A DNA stretch of 64,000 bases, from NCBI GenBank assembly GCA_043826435.1, contig JBDRQF010000061.1:6919-70918 (forward strand). The letters run 5' to 3'. Source of the DNA: Elusimicrobiota bacterium. GTDB taxonomy: Bacteria > Elusimicrobiota > Endomicrobiia > CG1-02-37-114 > JAHJSO01. The translations under genes and the position numbers were made by a program. The notes under the pieces were generated by a model. That model worked only from the letters and a program-made list of their open reading frames with translations, did no database searches and had not been told where the DNA came from. Shown here piece by piece: positions 1-9,532 of the stretch (its first letter is position 1; every line of letters begins with the position of its first letter).

Positions 1-925
1 GTTTGATTCCGCCGTGTTCACAAACCTTACCCGTGACCACCTTGACTTTCACAAGACGTTTGAGGACTACTTCAGGGCGAAACTTAAATTGTTTGAAATG
101 CTGGCAGGTGATGCGGAGCCCTGCGGAAAAAAGACAAATAAATTTGCTATAATAAATGTTGACGACCGGTGGGGCAGGGTAATCGCGGAGAACATGGCAG
201 GGAAGATAAGGGTTGTTACGTACGGCATTAACCAGAAGAACTCTCCGGTTAAACCGGATGTCCGGGCTGACAGGGCGGTATTCAACAGGGAAGGGACCAC
301 GATGAAAATAGGCGATACGGTAATAAACTCACCCCTTATAGGAAGGTATAACGCTTACAATATACTCGCCTGTTATGCGTATGCGGATGCTTACGGTATA
401 GATAAAGCGGTTATTAAAAAGGGCATTGAAAAATTATGTTGCATCCCGGGGCGGCTGCACAGGGTTGAGTGCGGCCAGCCGTTTACCGTTCTTGTTGATT
501 ACGCCCACACCGACGACGCCCTGACGAACGTGCTGAATACGATAAGGGAAATAAAACCCGCGCACATTATAACGGTGTTCGGTTGCGGCGGCGACAGGGA
601 CAGGACCAAACGGCCCATAATGGGAGAGGTGTCTTCAATGCTTTCCGACTACGTGATTGTTACCAGCGACAACCCGCGCGCGGAGGACCCGCAGAAAATC
701 CTGCTTGACATAGAGGTGGGTATAAGGCGGACAGGCAGGCGGAATTATGAAATTATGCAGGACAGGGAAAAGGCGATAGAGAGGGCGATAAACATGGCGT
801 CGGAAGGGGACGTTGTCCTCCTTGCCGGTAAAGGGCACGAGGATTACCAGATTATGGGAGACAAAAAAATTCACTTCAATGATACGGAAGTGGCGGAAAG
901 GTATCTGGAGAAATGGAAAAGGTAG
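1..925 (+). CDS. murE: UDP-N-acetylmuramoyl-L-alanyl-D-glutamate--2,6-diaminopimelate ligase, C-terminal part (5' truncated by the window edge)
   Basis: The ORF is open from the window start. Mur ligase C-terminal motifs are present (DYAHTDDAL, GCGGDRDRTKRP, DNPRAEDP). It lies first in the dcw cluster ahead of murF. Confidence 0.85.
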   Translation, partial: FDSAVFTNLTRDHLDFHKTFEDYFRAKLKLFEMLAGDAEPCGKKTNKFAIINVDDRWGRVIAENMAGKIRVVTYGINQKNSPVKPDVRADRAVFNREGTTMKIGDTVINSPLIGRYNAYNILACYAYADAYGIDKAVIKKGIEKLCCIPGRLHRVECGQPFTVLVDYAHTDDALTNVLNTIREIKPAHIITVFGCGGDRDRTKRPIMGEVSSMLSDYVIVTSDNPRAEDPQKILLDIEVGIRRTGRRNYEIMQDREKAIERAINMASEGDVVLLAGKGHEDYQIMGDKKIHFNDTEVAERYLEKWKR

Positions 926-2322
926 TTCTTAAGGATCTTATCAGGGCGACAAAGGGTAAATTTGTTTTCGGCAACCCGAAACAGCCGGTGCTGACGATTT
1001 CATCCGACACGAGAAAAATAAAACATGGGGATGTGTTTTTCGCCCTGGAGGGAAAAAGGTTTGACGGGCACAACTTTGTAACAAAGGCGATTGAATCCGG
1101 CGTCAGCGCCATGGTTGTTACAAAGTTGTCCGACCAGATTAACGCTTTTTTCCCGAATATACCGGCGATAATAATCGTTGAGGATACTCTTAAGGCCCTG
1201 GGTGATTTTGCATCATTTTACAGGACGCAGTTTTCCAGCAGGATGATATGCATTACCGGCTCAAACGGCAAGACGACGACGAAAGAGATTGCGCATTCAA
1301 TATTTTCCCTTGTGGGCCCCACGCTTGCCAACTTCGGCACTTATAACAACCTTATCGGCGTGCCGGTGACGCTATTTGAACTTAACTCACAGCATGCATT
1401 CTGCATAGTTGAAATCGGTATTTCATTCAAGGGCGAGATTGACCGGCTTATAAGCATTGCCTACCCGGACATATCCGTTATCACGAACATCGGAAACGCG
1501 CACCTGGAGTTACTGGATGACCTGAACGGCGTGTTCGTAGAAAAGAAAAAGATAGCCACAGGGCTTACCGGGGAAAAATACGCGGTGCTAAACATTGACG
1601 ACCCTTACCTTGCGGAACTTATTCCCGAGTTGAAATGCAGGGTTATCACCTACGGGTTTAACAACAGGGCGGACATATTTGTTACCGACGAGAAATATCA
1701 TAAAGATACAACCGAGTTCGTCCTGCACGTAAGGAGTGCGGGAAAACCCGGCACGGTTGACAGGGTAAACGTAAAGATGCCTGCCGTCGGGAAGTTTAAC
1801 ATATACAACGCCATTGCAGCAGCCGGCGCCGCCCATGCGGCAGAGATTGACCTGCAGACGATAAAACACGGGATTGAAAAATTCATACCGCCGCAGATGA
1901 GAATGGAAACGATTGAACTGCCTTCAGGCGCCACGATAATAAATGATGCCTATAACGCCAACCCGGACTCAATGCGCCGGGCGATTGAATGTTTTATCCA
2001 GATATATCCGAACAGGGAAAAGGTAGTCGTGCTGGGGGACATGCTTGAACTCGGGAAGCACTCTGCGGCTGAACACAAGAAACTGGGCGAGTTCCTTTCA
2101 GCCCTGCCTTTGAAGGAAGTTTACCTGTACGGAGATGAAATAGCAAATGCCGTCGGGCCCATGAAAAAAACAGAATCAAACGGGCCGAAATACTTCCCCG
2201 CATCAAAGATAGACAACCTGATGATGCAGTTAAACGGACAGGTAACAAAACCCGTAGCGATACTATTCAAGGCGTCAAGGTTGGTCGGGCTTGAAAAAAT
2301 AATAGACAAACTCATACAATAA
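913..2322 (+). CDS. murF: UDP-N-acetylmuramoyl-tripeptide--D-alanyl-D-alanine ligase
   Basis: 469 aa with the Mur ligase P-loop ITGSNGKTTTKE. Its position between murE and mraY fits the dcw order. Confidence 0.85.
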   Translation: MEKVVLKDLIRATKGKFVFGNPKQPVLTISSDTRKIKHGDVFFALEGKRFDGHNFVTKAIESGVSAMVVTKLSDQINAFFPNIPAIIIVEDTLKALGDFASFYRTQFSSRMICITGSNGKTTTKEIAHSIFSLVGPTLANFGTYNNLIGVPVTLFELNSQHAFCIVEIGISFKGEIDRLISIAYPDISVITNIGNAHLELLDDLNGVFVEKKKIATGLTGEKYAVLNIDDPYLAELIPELKCRVITYGFNNRADIFVTDEKYHKDTTEFVLHVRSAGKPGTVDRVNVKMPAVGKFNIYNAIAAAGAAHAAEIDLQTIKHGIEKFIPPQMRMETIELPSGATIINDAYNANPDSMRRAIECFIQIYPNREKVVVLGDMLELGKHSAAEHKKLGEFLSALPLKEVYLYGDEIANAVGPMKKTESNGPKYFPASKIDNLMMQLNGQVTKPVAILFKASRLVGLEKIIDKLIQ

Positions 2323-3408
2323 ATGTTCTACCATCTCCTGTACCCGCTTAGAGTTTATTTTTCACCCCTTAATGTATTCGGATATATATCCTTCAGGTCT
2401 ATCGCTGCAATAATCACATCCCTGATGCTCTCCCTGTTTGTCGGCAGAAGAATGATTGCATATCTGAAGAATATCCAGGCGATACAGATAATCCGTTCGG
2501 ACGGGCCCGCATCACATCATGCAAAATCAGGCACGCCTACGATGGGCGGGCTGATTGTGCTGTTTAACCTTGCCGTTTCAACACTGCTATGGGCACGGCT
2601 TGATAACAGGTTTATCCTGATGTGTATTGCATGTGTCCTGTGGCTGGGACTGCTGGGTTTTTTAGACGACTATTTTAAGATTATGAAAAAGAACCCGAAG
2701 GGGATTTTGCCGAAATGGAAAATAGCGGGCCAGGTGGTTTTCGCCCTGGGGGTCGGTATTTATTTGTATTTTTTCCCCGCCAATTACGGATACCCGACAT
2801 CGGTAAACGTCCCTTACCTGAAAGACGTTTTCGTTGAGATGGGTGTCTTATACATACTTTTCTGCGTCCTCGTCATTGTCGCCTCGTCCAATGCGGTAAA
2901 CCTTACGGACGGCCTTGACGGCCTTGCAATAGGCAACTTGATAATATGCGCCTTTACTTACGGCCTGCTGGCATACATAGCAGGCCATTCGGGACTCTCC
3001 CAGTATTTAAGGATATTACCCGTGTCCGGGGCCGGGGAACTGACTGTCCTCCTGTCGTCAATGATAGGTGCGGGACTCGGCTTTCTCTGGTTTAACGGTT
3101 ACCCTGCTGATGTGTTTATGGGAGATACGGGCTCCCTTTTTCTTGGAGGTGTTATCGGGCTGGTCGCCATTTTCACAAGGCAGGAATTTATACTGGTTGT
3201 CGTCGGCGGGGTTTTTGTTATTGAGGCGTTGTCCGTAATACTGCAGGTCTTTCACTTCAAAAGATACAGGACAAGGATATTTAAAATGGCGCCCCTTCAT
3301 CACCATTTTGAACTATCCGGGTGGGCGGAACCGAAGGTCACCGTCAGGTTCTGGATAATAGGCATAGTCCTGTCACTCATCGCCCTGAGTTCTTTAAAAA
3401 TCAGGTAA
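2323..3408 (+). CDS. mraY: phospho-N-acetylmuramoyl-pentapeptide transferase
   Basis: 361-aa polytopic membrane protein with the MraY signature NAVNLTDGLDGLA. dcw context. Confidence 0.9.
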   Translation: MFYHLLYPLRVYFSPLNVFGYISFRSIAAIITSLMLSLFVGRRMIAYLKNIQAIQIIRSDGPASHHAKSGTPTMGGLIVLFNLAVSTLLWARLDNRFILMCIACVLWLGLLGFLDDYFKIMKKNPKGILPKWKIAGQVVFALGVGIYLYFFPANYGYPTSVNVPYLKDVFVEMGVLYILFCVLVIVASSNAVNLTDGLDGLAIGNLIICAFTYGLLAYIAGHSGLSQYLRILPVSGAGELTVLLSSMIGAGLGFLWFNGYPADVFMGDTGSLFLGGVIGLVAIFTRQEFILVVVGGVFVIEALSVILQVFHFKRYRTRIFKMAPLHHHFELSGWAEPKVTVRFWIIGIVLSLIALSSLKIR

Positions 3409-3416
3409 AAAATGAT

Positions 3417-4814
3417 ATGAAATATAAGAATGTATCTGTCCTCGGGCTCGGCAAGACGGGCGTTGCCGTTGCGAATCTTCTTTCCGATCACGGCGTCCGG
3501 GTTTTTGTTTCCGACAACAGTCCTGAAGAAAAACTTAAAAAATACATACCCCTGCTGAAAAATGGTATTGAGTACGAAACAGGGGGGCACACTACAAGGG
3601 TGCTTTCAGCCGGTTTAATAGTGAAAAGCCCCGGTGTCCCGAACGATATATCCGTCATTGCCGATGCGCGCGCAAAAGGGATAGACGTCCTTGATGAACT
3701 TGAAATATCATACGGTTTAATCAAGCCGAAAGTTCTGGTAGCCATCACGGGGACGAATGGCAAGACGACGACCACAGCCCTCGTCGGTGAAATCCTTAAA
3801 AACGCAGGGATGAGAACGGTCGTCGGCGGGAATATCGGAAACCCGCTAAGCGGCCTGGTTGATAAGATTGACGGTTCTACGGCGGTCGTCCTTGAGGTTT
3901 CAAGTTATCAACTTGAGGGCATAAGGGGGTTCAGACCGGACGTGTGCGCCATACTGAACATTACTCCCGACCACCTGGAACGCCACAAATCAATGAGCGG
4001 CTACATTGAGGCGAAAAAGAGGATATACATGAACCAGACGGGGGATGACGTGTGCATACTGAATATGGACGATGAGTCCATAAGAGACCTTTTCCTGAAG
4101 AAGGAAATAAACCCTGTTTCAAAGACATTGTTTTTTATGAAGGAGATGCAGGAGGCTGCAATTCCGGGGGGAGGGGTGTTCTACGGCGCTTCCTGGCGTG
4201 ACGGTAGATTTGAAGTAACCCTGCCGCCGCTTTCCGGTAACAGGGAGGCGGTTGTAAATGCCAGGATGTCCGTCAATGCCCGCTTGAAAATCCCGGGCAG
4301 GCATAACATAGAAAATGCGCTTGCCGCGGTGTGCATATCTGCGGTGTGCGGCGTTCCTGCGGAGGTTATCCGGAAAACGCTTAATGACTTTCCCGGGGTT
4401 GAGCACCGCATTCAGTTTGTGAGGGAGATAAAGGGAGTGAAGTATATAAACGATTCCAAATCAACCAACGTTGATTCAACGCGGACAGCACTTGACTCTT
4501 TTGATACCCCGGTTATTTTGATAATGGGCGGGAGGGATAAGGGCTTCCCGTATACGCCGCTTTTTGACAGGGTCAGAAAGAACGTTAAGGCCCTCCTGTT
4601 AATAGGCGAGTCGGCGGAAAAGATAAAGAAAGAACTGGGAGGCAGTACGCAGATAGTGGATTGCGGCGACCTTGCGGCTGCCGTGCGGAAGGCGTCCGAA
4701 ATAGCCGTTGCCCCGGACGTAGTCCTGTTGTCCCCGGGGTGCAGTTCTTTTGACCAGTTTGAAAACTACGAGGATAGGGGCGGGCAGTTCATAAGACAGG
4801 TAAATTCATTGTGA
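3417..4814 (+). CDS. murD: UDP-N-acetylmuramoylalanine--D-glutamate ligase
   Basis: The start is refined to ATG 3417 (MKYKNVSVLGLGKTG), which follows the mraY stop. GTNGKTTT P-loop. dcw order. Confidence 0.85.
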   Translation: MKYKNVSVLGLGKTGVAVANLLSDHGVRVFVSDNSPEEKLKKYIPLLKNGIEYETGGHTTRVLSAGLIVKSPGVPNDISVIADARAKGIDVLDELEISYGLIKPKVLVAITGTNGKTTTTALVGEILKNAGMRTVVGGNIGNPLSGLVDKIDGSTAVVLEVSSYQLEGIRGFRPDVCAILNITPDHLERHKSMSGYIEAKKRIYMNQTGDDVCILNMDDESIRDLFLKKEINPVSKTLFFMKEMQEAAIPGGGVFYGASWRDGRFEVTLPPLSGNREAVVNARMSVNARLKIPGRHNIENALAAVCISAVCGVPAEVIRKTLNDFPGVEHRIQFVREIKGVKYINDSKSTNVDSTRTALDSFDTPVILIMGGRDKGFPYTPLFDRVRKNVKALLLIGESAEKIKKELGGSTQIVDCGDLAAAVRKASEIAVAPDVVLLSPGCSSFDQFENYEDRGGQFIRQVNSL

Positions 4815-4876
4815 AAGAGGGGCGCTCCACGACTCCACGGGTACGCGGGCGGGGTCCGAGCCGGCGGTGACAGAAA

Positions 4877-5977
4877 ATGCTGCGCAAACTATATGATGTT
4901 GATTTTGGCCTTATGGCTGTATCCTTCTTGCTGCTGTGTGCGGGCCTCTTGATGGTTTACTCGTCAAGCGCAATATTTTCGGGTGAGACGGTTTCCGGCC
5001 CGTTTTTTTATTTCAAAAAACAACTCGTGTGGACGGCGATAAGCATGGTATTTTTTATTTTCTTCCTGAATTTAAATTACAAGTACCTGCAGAAAGGGGC
5101 GACGGGAATAATTGTTGCCGTGTTTCTGATGCTGGCCGGCGTCCTGATATTCGGCAAAACGGTCAGGGGCGCAAGGAGATGGTTTGATTTCGGGCCCATT
5201 AATTTCCAGCCGTCTGAGATTGCAAAATTCGGCGTTATAATTTTTCTGGCTGACTATCTGGACAAAAACAAAAGCAAAATTAAATCGCTGACCAGGGGAT
5301 TGTTGCCCGCTTTACTGGTTGTAGGAGGCGTTTCGGGACTTATAGCAATGGGGCCGGATTTCGGTACGCCCCTCGTGATATGCCTGAGTTCTCTTGCCCT
5401 TATTTTTATGGCAGGGGCGAAAATAGCGCACGTACTCCTTTTACTCTCTATGACTATCCCGGCGGTATCCTTTCTGTTATTGACCATACCGTATGTAACC
5501 AGCAGGGTTTCCGCATTCTTAAACCCGTGGGAACACGCCCGCTCCGCCTCATATCAACTTATCCAGTCGCTGGCTGCTCTTGGTTCAGGAGGGTTGCTTG
5601 GTAAAGGGTTGGGCAGGGGTGAAATCAAGAGGTTTTACCTGCCTGACATGCATACGGATTTTATCTTTTCAATAATAGGGGAAGAGGCAGGACTACTCGG
5701 CACGCTTTTGGTGGTTTTTGCTTTTATCTGGTTTTTTTACAGGGGATGCAAGATAGCGAGAGAATCAAGGGATTTCTTCGGAATGCTCCTCGCCTTCGGT
5801 ATAACGCTGACCATCGTTATGCAGGCGTTCTTCAACATAGCCGTGTGCATCGGTGCTGTCCCGACGAAAGGAATTTCCCTGCCGTTTTTTTCTTACGGCG
5901 GCTCGTCGCTTATATTCACCCTTTCGGCGGTGGGTGTCCTGTTAAACATATCGTCTAATAAGAAGTCAATTATGTGA
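4877..5977 (+). CDS. ftsW: SEDS-family peptidoglycan glycosyltransferase / cell division protein FtsW
   Basis: 366-aa polytopic membrane protein of the FtsW/RodA family. It lies between murD and murG. Confidence 0.8.
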   Translation: MLRKLYDVDFGLMAVSFLLLCAGLLMVYSSSAIFSGETVSGPFFYFKKQLVWTAISMVFFIFFLNLNYKYLQKGATGIIVAVFLMLAGVLIFGKTVRGARRWFDFGPINFQPSEIAKFGVIIFLADYLDKNKSKIKSLTRGLLPALLVVGGVSGLIAMGPDFGTPLVICLSSLALIFMAGAKIAHVLLLLSMTIPAVSFLLLTIPYVTSRVSAFLNPWEHARSASYQLIQSLAALGSGGLLGKGLGRGEIKRFYLPDMHTDFIFSIIGEEAGLLGTLLVVFAFIWFFYRGCKIARESRDFFGMLLAFGITLTIVMQAFFNIAVCIGAVPTKGISLPFFSYGGSSLIFTLSAVGVLLNISSNKKSIM

Positions 5978-5985
5978 GCGTCATT

Positions 5986-7101
5986 ATGAAAATAATTATG
6001 TGTTGCGGCGGGACAGGCGGGCATGTTTACCCGGCGCTCGTAACTGCAAGGGAGTTGAAGAAGAGAGACGTTGAGGCGGTTTTCGTTTTGCCGAAAAGGA
6101 CACGACTGGCGAGCGTCCCGGCCAGAGAAAACTTTAAGGTTGAATTCCTTGATGTCCGGGGCGTTCCGAGAAATAACCTTTTTAATGCGTGCGCATCAAT
6201 GGCGGGGATAGTATTTTCGTTCCCCCGCGCACTGAAGATAATTGCGGAAGTTAACCCTTTCGCTGTGGCGGGCTTCGGGAGTTATGTTTCATTCCCCGTC
6301 CTTGTCCTGGCGCGTTTACTGGGGGTGCCTGTTTTGATACACGAACAGAACCTGATGCCGGGTCTGGCGAATAAGATGCTCTCAAAAATATCAAACATAA
6401 TTGCAATAAGTTTTCCCGAATCGGAACAATATTTCCCTGCGGGGAAGACGGTTTTGACCGGCAACCCGATCCGGCAGGAGATTCTTGAATCAGCCGGGGA
6501 TACAGGCAGGGTATCCCGCGCCACGGCGGGGAGAAAGAAATACTTTACGGTTTTGGTTTTTGGCGGGAGTCAGGGTTCGCGGAGCATAAACAGGGTCGTT
6601 GCGGAATCGTTGGGTTTCCTTGCAGACAGGAAGGACAAAATAAAATTCATCCACATTACGGGTGAAAACGACTACGGATGGGTGAGGCATTTCTATGATA
6701 AAACGGCTTTTCACTGCGAGGTCGTACCATACAGCGAAAACATAGGGAAGTATTACGCGGAATCGGACGTTGTTATTTCCCGTGCAGGTGCAGGGACAAT
6801 TGCGGAACTGGTCGCCCTGGCAAAACCGTCCATACTTATTCCTTTCCCGCACGCGACGGAATCCCACCAGTATTTGAACGCAAAATACCTTTTTGACAGG
6901 GGATGCGCCGCGCTCATTGAGGAGGAGAAACTTAGCCCGCAACTTCTTCTGATTATGGTGGAAAAACTGATGAGCGACCCTCAAAAGATTAAGGATATGG
7001 AAAACTCCTGCAGGGCGCTCTCGCGGATAAACTCTCCGGAAAAGTATATATGGGAAGCACTGCTTGACCTCGCCCCCAGTACTTTTTGCCTATCCCCTTG
7101 A
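5986..7101 (+). CDS. murG: undecaprenyldiphospho-muramoylpentapeptide beta-N-acetylglucosaminyltransferase
   Basis: MKIIMCCGGTGGHVYPAL is the glycosyltransferase family 28 N-terminus. The likely start is ATG 5986 rather than GTG 5974. Confidence 0.85.
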   Translation: MKIIMCCGGTGGHVYPALVTARELKKRDVEAVFVLPKRTRLASVPARENFKVEFLDVRGVPRNNLFNACASMAGIVFSFPRALKIIAEVNPFAVAGFGSYVSFPVLVLARLLGVPVLIHEQNLMPGLANKMLSKISNIIAISFPESEQYFPAGKTVLTGNPIRQEILESAGDTGRVSRATAGRKKYFTVLVFGGSQGSRSINRVVAESLGFLADRKDKIKFIHITGENDYGWVRHFYDKTAFHCEVVPYSENIGKYYAESDVVISRAGAGTIAELVALAKPSILIPFPHATESHQYLNAKYLFDRGCAALIEEEKLSPQLLLIMVEKLMSDPQKIKDMENSCRALSRINSPEKYIWEALLDLAPSTFCLSP

Positions 7102-7130
7102 CAAAATTTTTGTGACAAAGTTAAAAATAG

Positions 7131-7207
7131 TTGACCAAAAGATAAATTTTTGCTAAAATATTACAATGTAAAATCGTATTGACAGAATTGAAAAAAATAG
7201 TTTATAA
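7131..7207 (+). promoter_or_regulatory. two sigma70-like promoters upstream of argH
   Basis: Promoter 1 is TTGACC(7131-7136)-N17-TAAAAT(7154-7159). Promoter 2 is TTGACA(7179-7184)-N17-TTATAA. The intergenic region is AT-rich. Confidence 0.4.
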
Positions 7208-7257
7208 AAACATAGTATGAAAATTAAAAGTAAAAGTTCAGCATATCAGGTGTATAT

Positions 7258-8787
7258 ATGACACAAAAATCATTCAAACTATGGGGCGGGAGATTTCATA
7301 AACCGGCGGATAAACTTGCAGAAGAATTCACCGAGTCAATATCCTTTGACTCGCGGCTCTACAGGCATGACATACTGGGGTCGGTAGCCCACGTTAAGAT
7401 GCTCTCAAAGTGCGGGCTGGTCCCGAAGAATGAAGCCGTCAGGATTGTGTCCGCCCTGCGGGGGCTGGAAAAGGAAATTTCTAAAAGGGTCAAAGCAGGC
7501 AGGTTCAAATTGGATAAAAAATACGAGGACATCCACACCTATATTGAAAAGAAGGTCATTGAGAAGGTGGGCGATGCCATAGGTTCAAAGATTCATACGG
7601 CAAGGTCAAGGAACGACCAGGTCTCAGTTGATTTGAGGCTCTACATCAAAGACGAGATAAGAGAAATATTATTACTGCTTTCAGGCGTATGCAATGTCAT
7701 ACTTGACAATGCAAAAAAATACCGGGACGTCCTTATGCCCGGATATACCCACATGCAGGTCGCAAAGCCGATATATTTCAGGGATTACATCCTTGCATAT
7801 TTTGAGATGTTTTACAGAGACAGCCAGCGGCTGCTGGACTGCCTGAAGAGGATGGATTTTTCGCCGCTGGGCGCAGGCGCAATAGGAGGCACGTTCTATA
7901 AAAAGACGGACAGGGCGAGCGTAGCCAGATACCTTGGCTTCTCGGGGGTGGTGTCAAACACCGTTGACGCTGTTTCAGACAGAGATTTTGTCATTGAGTT
8001 TATTTTTGATCTGGCGATGATAACCTTGCACATAAGCAGAATCAGCGAGGATTTTGTGATATGGCTGAACCCGCAGTTCGGATTTATATCTCTTGATGAA
8101 TCGTTTATGACCGGCAGCAGTATCCTGCCGCAGAAAAAGAACCCTGACGTGTGTGAGATTGCAAGGGCGAAAACAGGTCGGCTCTACGGCAACCTGATGA
8201 CGCTCCTTACGCTTATGAAAGGGCTGCCGCTTTCCTATAACAGGGATATGCAGGAAGACAAACCGCCTCTTTTTGATTCCGCGGACACGGTTAAATCCAC
8301 TCTGAGAATCTATACGAAAATGCTTGAAAAACTCGGGGTCAACAAGCAAAAAATGCTTGAAGTCCTTGTTGAAGCGTCCGGCTATGCGGTGGCGCCGAAG
8401 ATGGTTGACTACCTTGCAGAGAAGGGGTTCAGTTTGAGGAAAGCCCACGGGTTCGTCAGCAACCTTGTGAAATACTGCGAGGCGAAAAAGATTAATTTAC
8501 TCTCGCTGAAACGGCCCGACCTCGCCGACTTCGTAAACAATTTTTATAAACCGGATAAGGGGTTTGTCGGTTACCTCGTCGGTAGGTCAAAGGCAGGTTC
8601 TGCGCGGAAGGCGGCAGAATCAGCGCCGGGGCAATACCTGCTTGAAGAATGGTTTAATGAAAAATTCCTGAAAGAGTGCACGTCCCTCTCTCTGCCCGCC
8701 GTGGATAAAAACGGAGACAGGCAGTTTAAGGACGTCTCAGAAAGAATCAGAGGAATAATGAATGAAACAAGTGCTTATTACAAATGA
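7258..8787 (+). CDS. argH: argininosuccinate lyase
   Basis: 509 aa. The N-terminus LWGGRFHKPADKLAEEF and fumarase/aspartase-family fold motifs are present. Confidence 0.85.
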   Translation: MTQKSFKLWGGRFHKPADKLAEEFTESISFDSRLYRHDILGSVAHVKMLSKCGLVPKNEAVRIVSALRGLEKEISKRVKAGRFKLDKKYEDIHTYIEKKVIEKVGDAIGSKIHTARSRNDQVSVDLRLYIKDEIREILLLLSGVCNVILDNAKKYRDVLMPGYTHMQVAKPIYFRDYILAYFEMFYRDSQRLLDCLKRMDFSPLGAGAIGGTFYKKTDRASVARYLGFSGVVSNTVDAVSDRDFVIEFIFDLAMITLHISRISEDFVIWLNPQFGFISLDESFMTGSSILPQKKNPDVCEIARAKTGRLYGNLMTLLTLMKGLPLSYNRDMQEDKPPLFDSADTVKSTLRIYTKMLEKLGVNKQKMLEVLVEASGYAVAPKMVDYLAEKGFSLRKAHGFVSNLVKYCEAKKINLLSLKRPDLADFVNNFYKPDKGFVGYLVGRSKAGSARKAAESAPGQYLLEEWFNEKFLKECTSLSLPAVDKNGDRQFKDVSERIRGIMNETSAYYK

Positions 8788-9532
8788 CGACGGTATCCTG
8801 GGCGTCGGGCTGCCCCCGCTCATAAAAGAGATAGAAGGCATCGCCAGGGTGGTGGTCATAGTCCCGGACAAGGAGCGTTCCGCGGTGAGCCATTCTTTAA
8901 CCCTGCACGACCCGGTGCGTGCGAGAAAAATCAGCAGGCATACCTACGTACTTAGCGGCACCCCCGCTGACTGCGTGAGGTTCGGCATATTAGGGCTTAT
9001 AAAGGGAAAGATTTCATTGGTAATATCCGGCATAAACTACGGGCCGAACATGGGCAACGACGTCGTCTATTCAGGGACCGTCGCGGCTGCCAGGGAGGGG
9101 GCATTGCTTGAAATCCCGTCGTTCGCAGTGTCGCTCGTCACAAAGACGGGAAGGCACTTTGCCAGCGCCGCAAGGTTCGCAAGGACACTGGCGAAATTCA
9201 TCCTGAAGGACAACGCAAAGGAAAGATGCTTCTTCAACGTGAACGTCCCGGACGTCCCGTTCAACAAAATAAAAGGGGTGGACATCACCGCTCTCGGGAA
9301 GAGGATTTACGACGACAAAATACACACCAGGAAAGACCCCTACGGCCTGCCGTATTACTGGCTTAAGGGCAGCATCCTCTCGGGGGAAAACATCCCCGGA
9401 ACGGACATATTTACAGTGAACAAAAACAGGATATCGGTTACTCCGCTCATCGTGAACAACACGGACAACGAATACCTGGCAGACCATAAGAATAAAATCC
9501 AGTCCCGTCTCAATTTACCGTTCAAAAAATGA
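8762..9532 (+). CDS. surE: 5'/3'-nucleotidase SurE
   Basis: MKQVLITNDDGI is the SurE N-terminal signature. 256 aa. Confidence 0.85.
   Translation: MKQVLITNDDGILGVGLPPLIKEIEGIARVVVIVPDKERSAVSHSLTLHDPVRARKISRHTYVLSGTPADCVRFGILGLIKGKISLVISGINYGPNMGNDVVYSGTVAAAREGALLEIPSFAVSLVTKTGRHFASAARFARTLAKFILKDNAKERCFFNVNVPDVPFNKIKGVDITALGKRIYDDKIHTRKDPYGLPYYWLKGSILSGENIPGTDIFTVNKNRISVTPLIVNNTDNEYLADHKNKIQSRLNLPFKK

Noticed and set aside
6490-6984. 164-aa minus-strand ORF inside murG
   Set aside because: Fully embedded antisense to a well-supported conserved gene. It is a shadow ORF. The same applies to the other short minus-strand ORFs within murE/F, ftsK and pnp.
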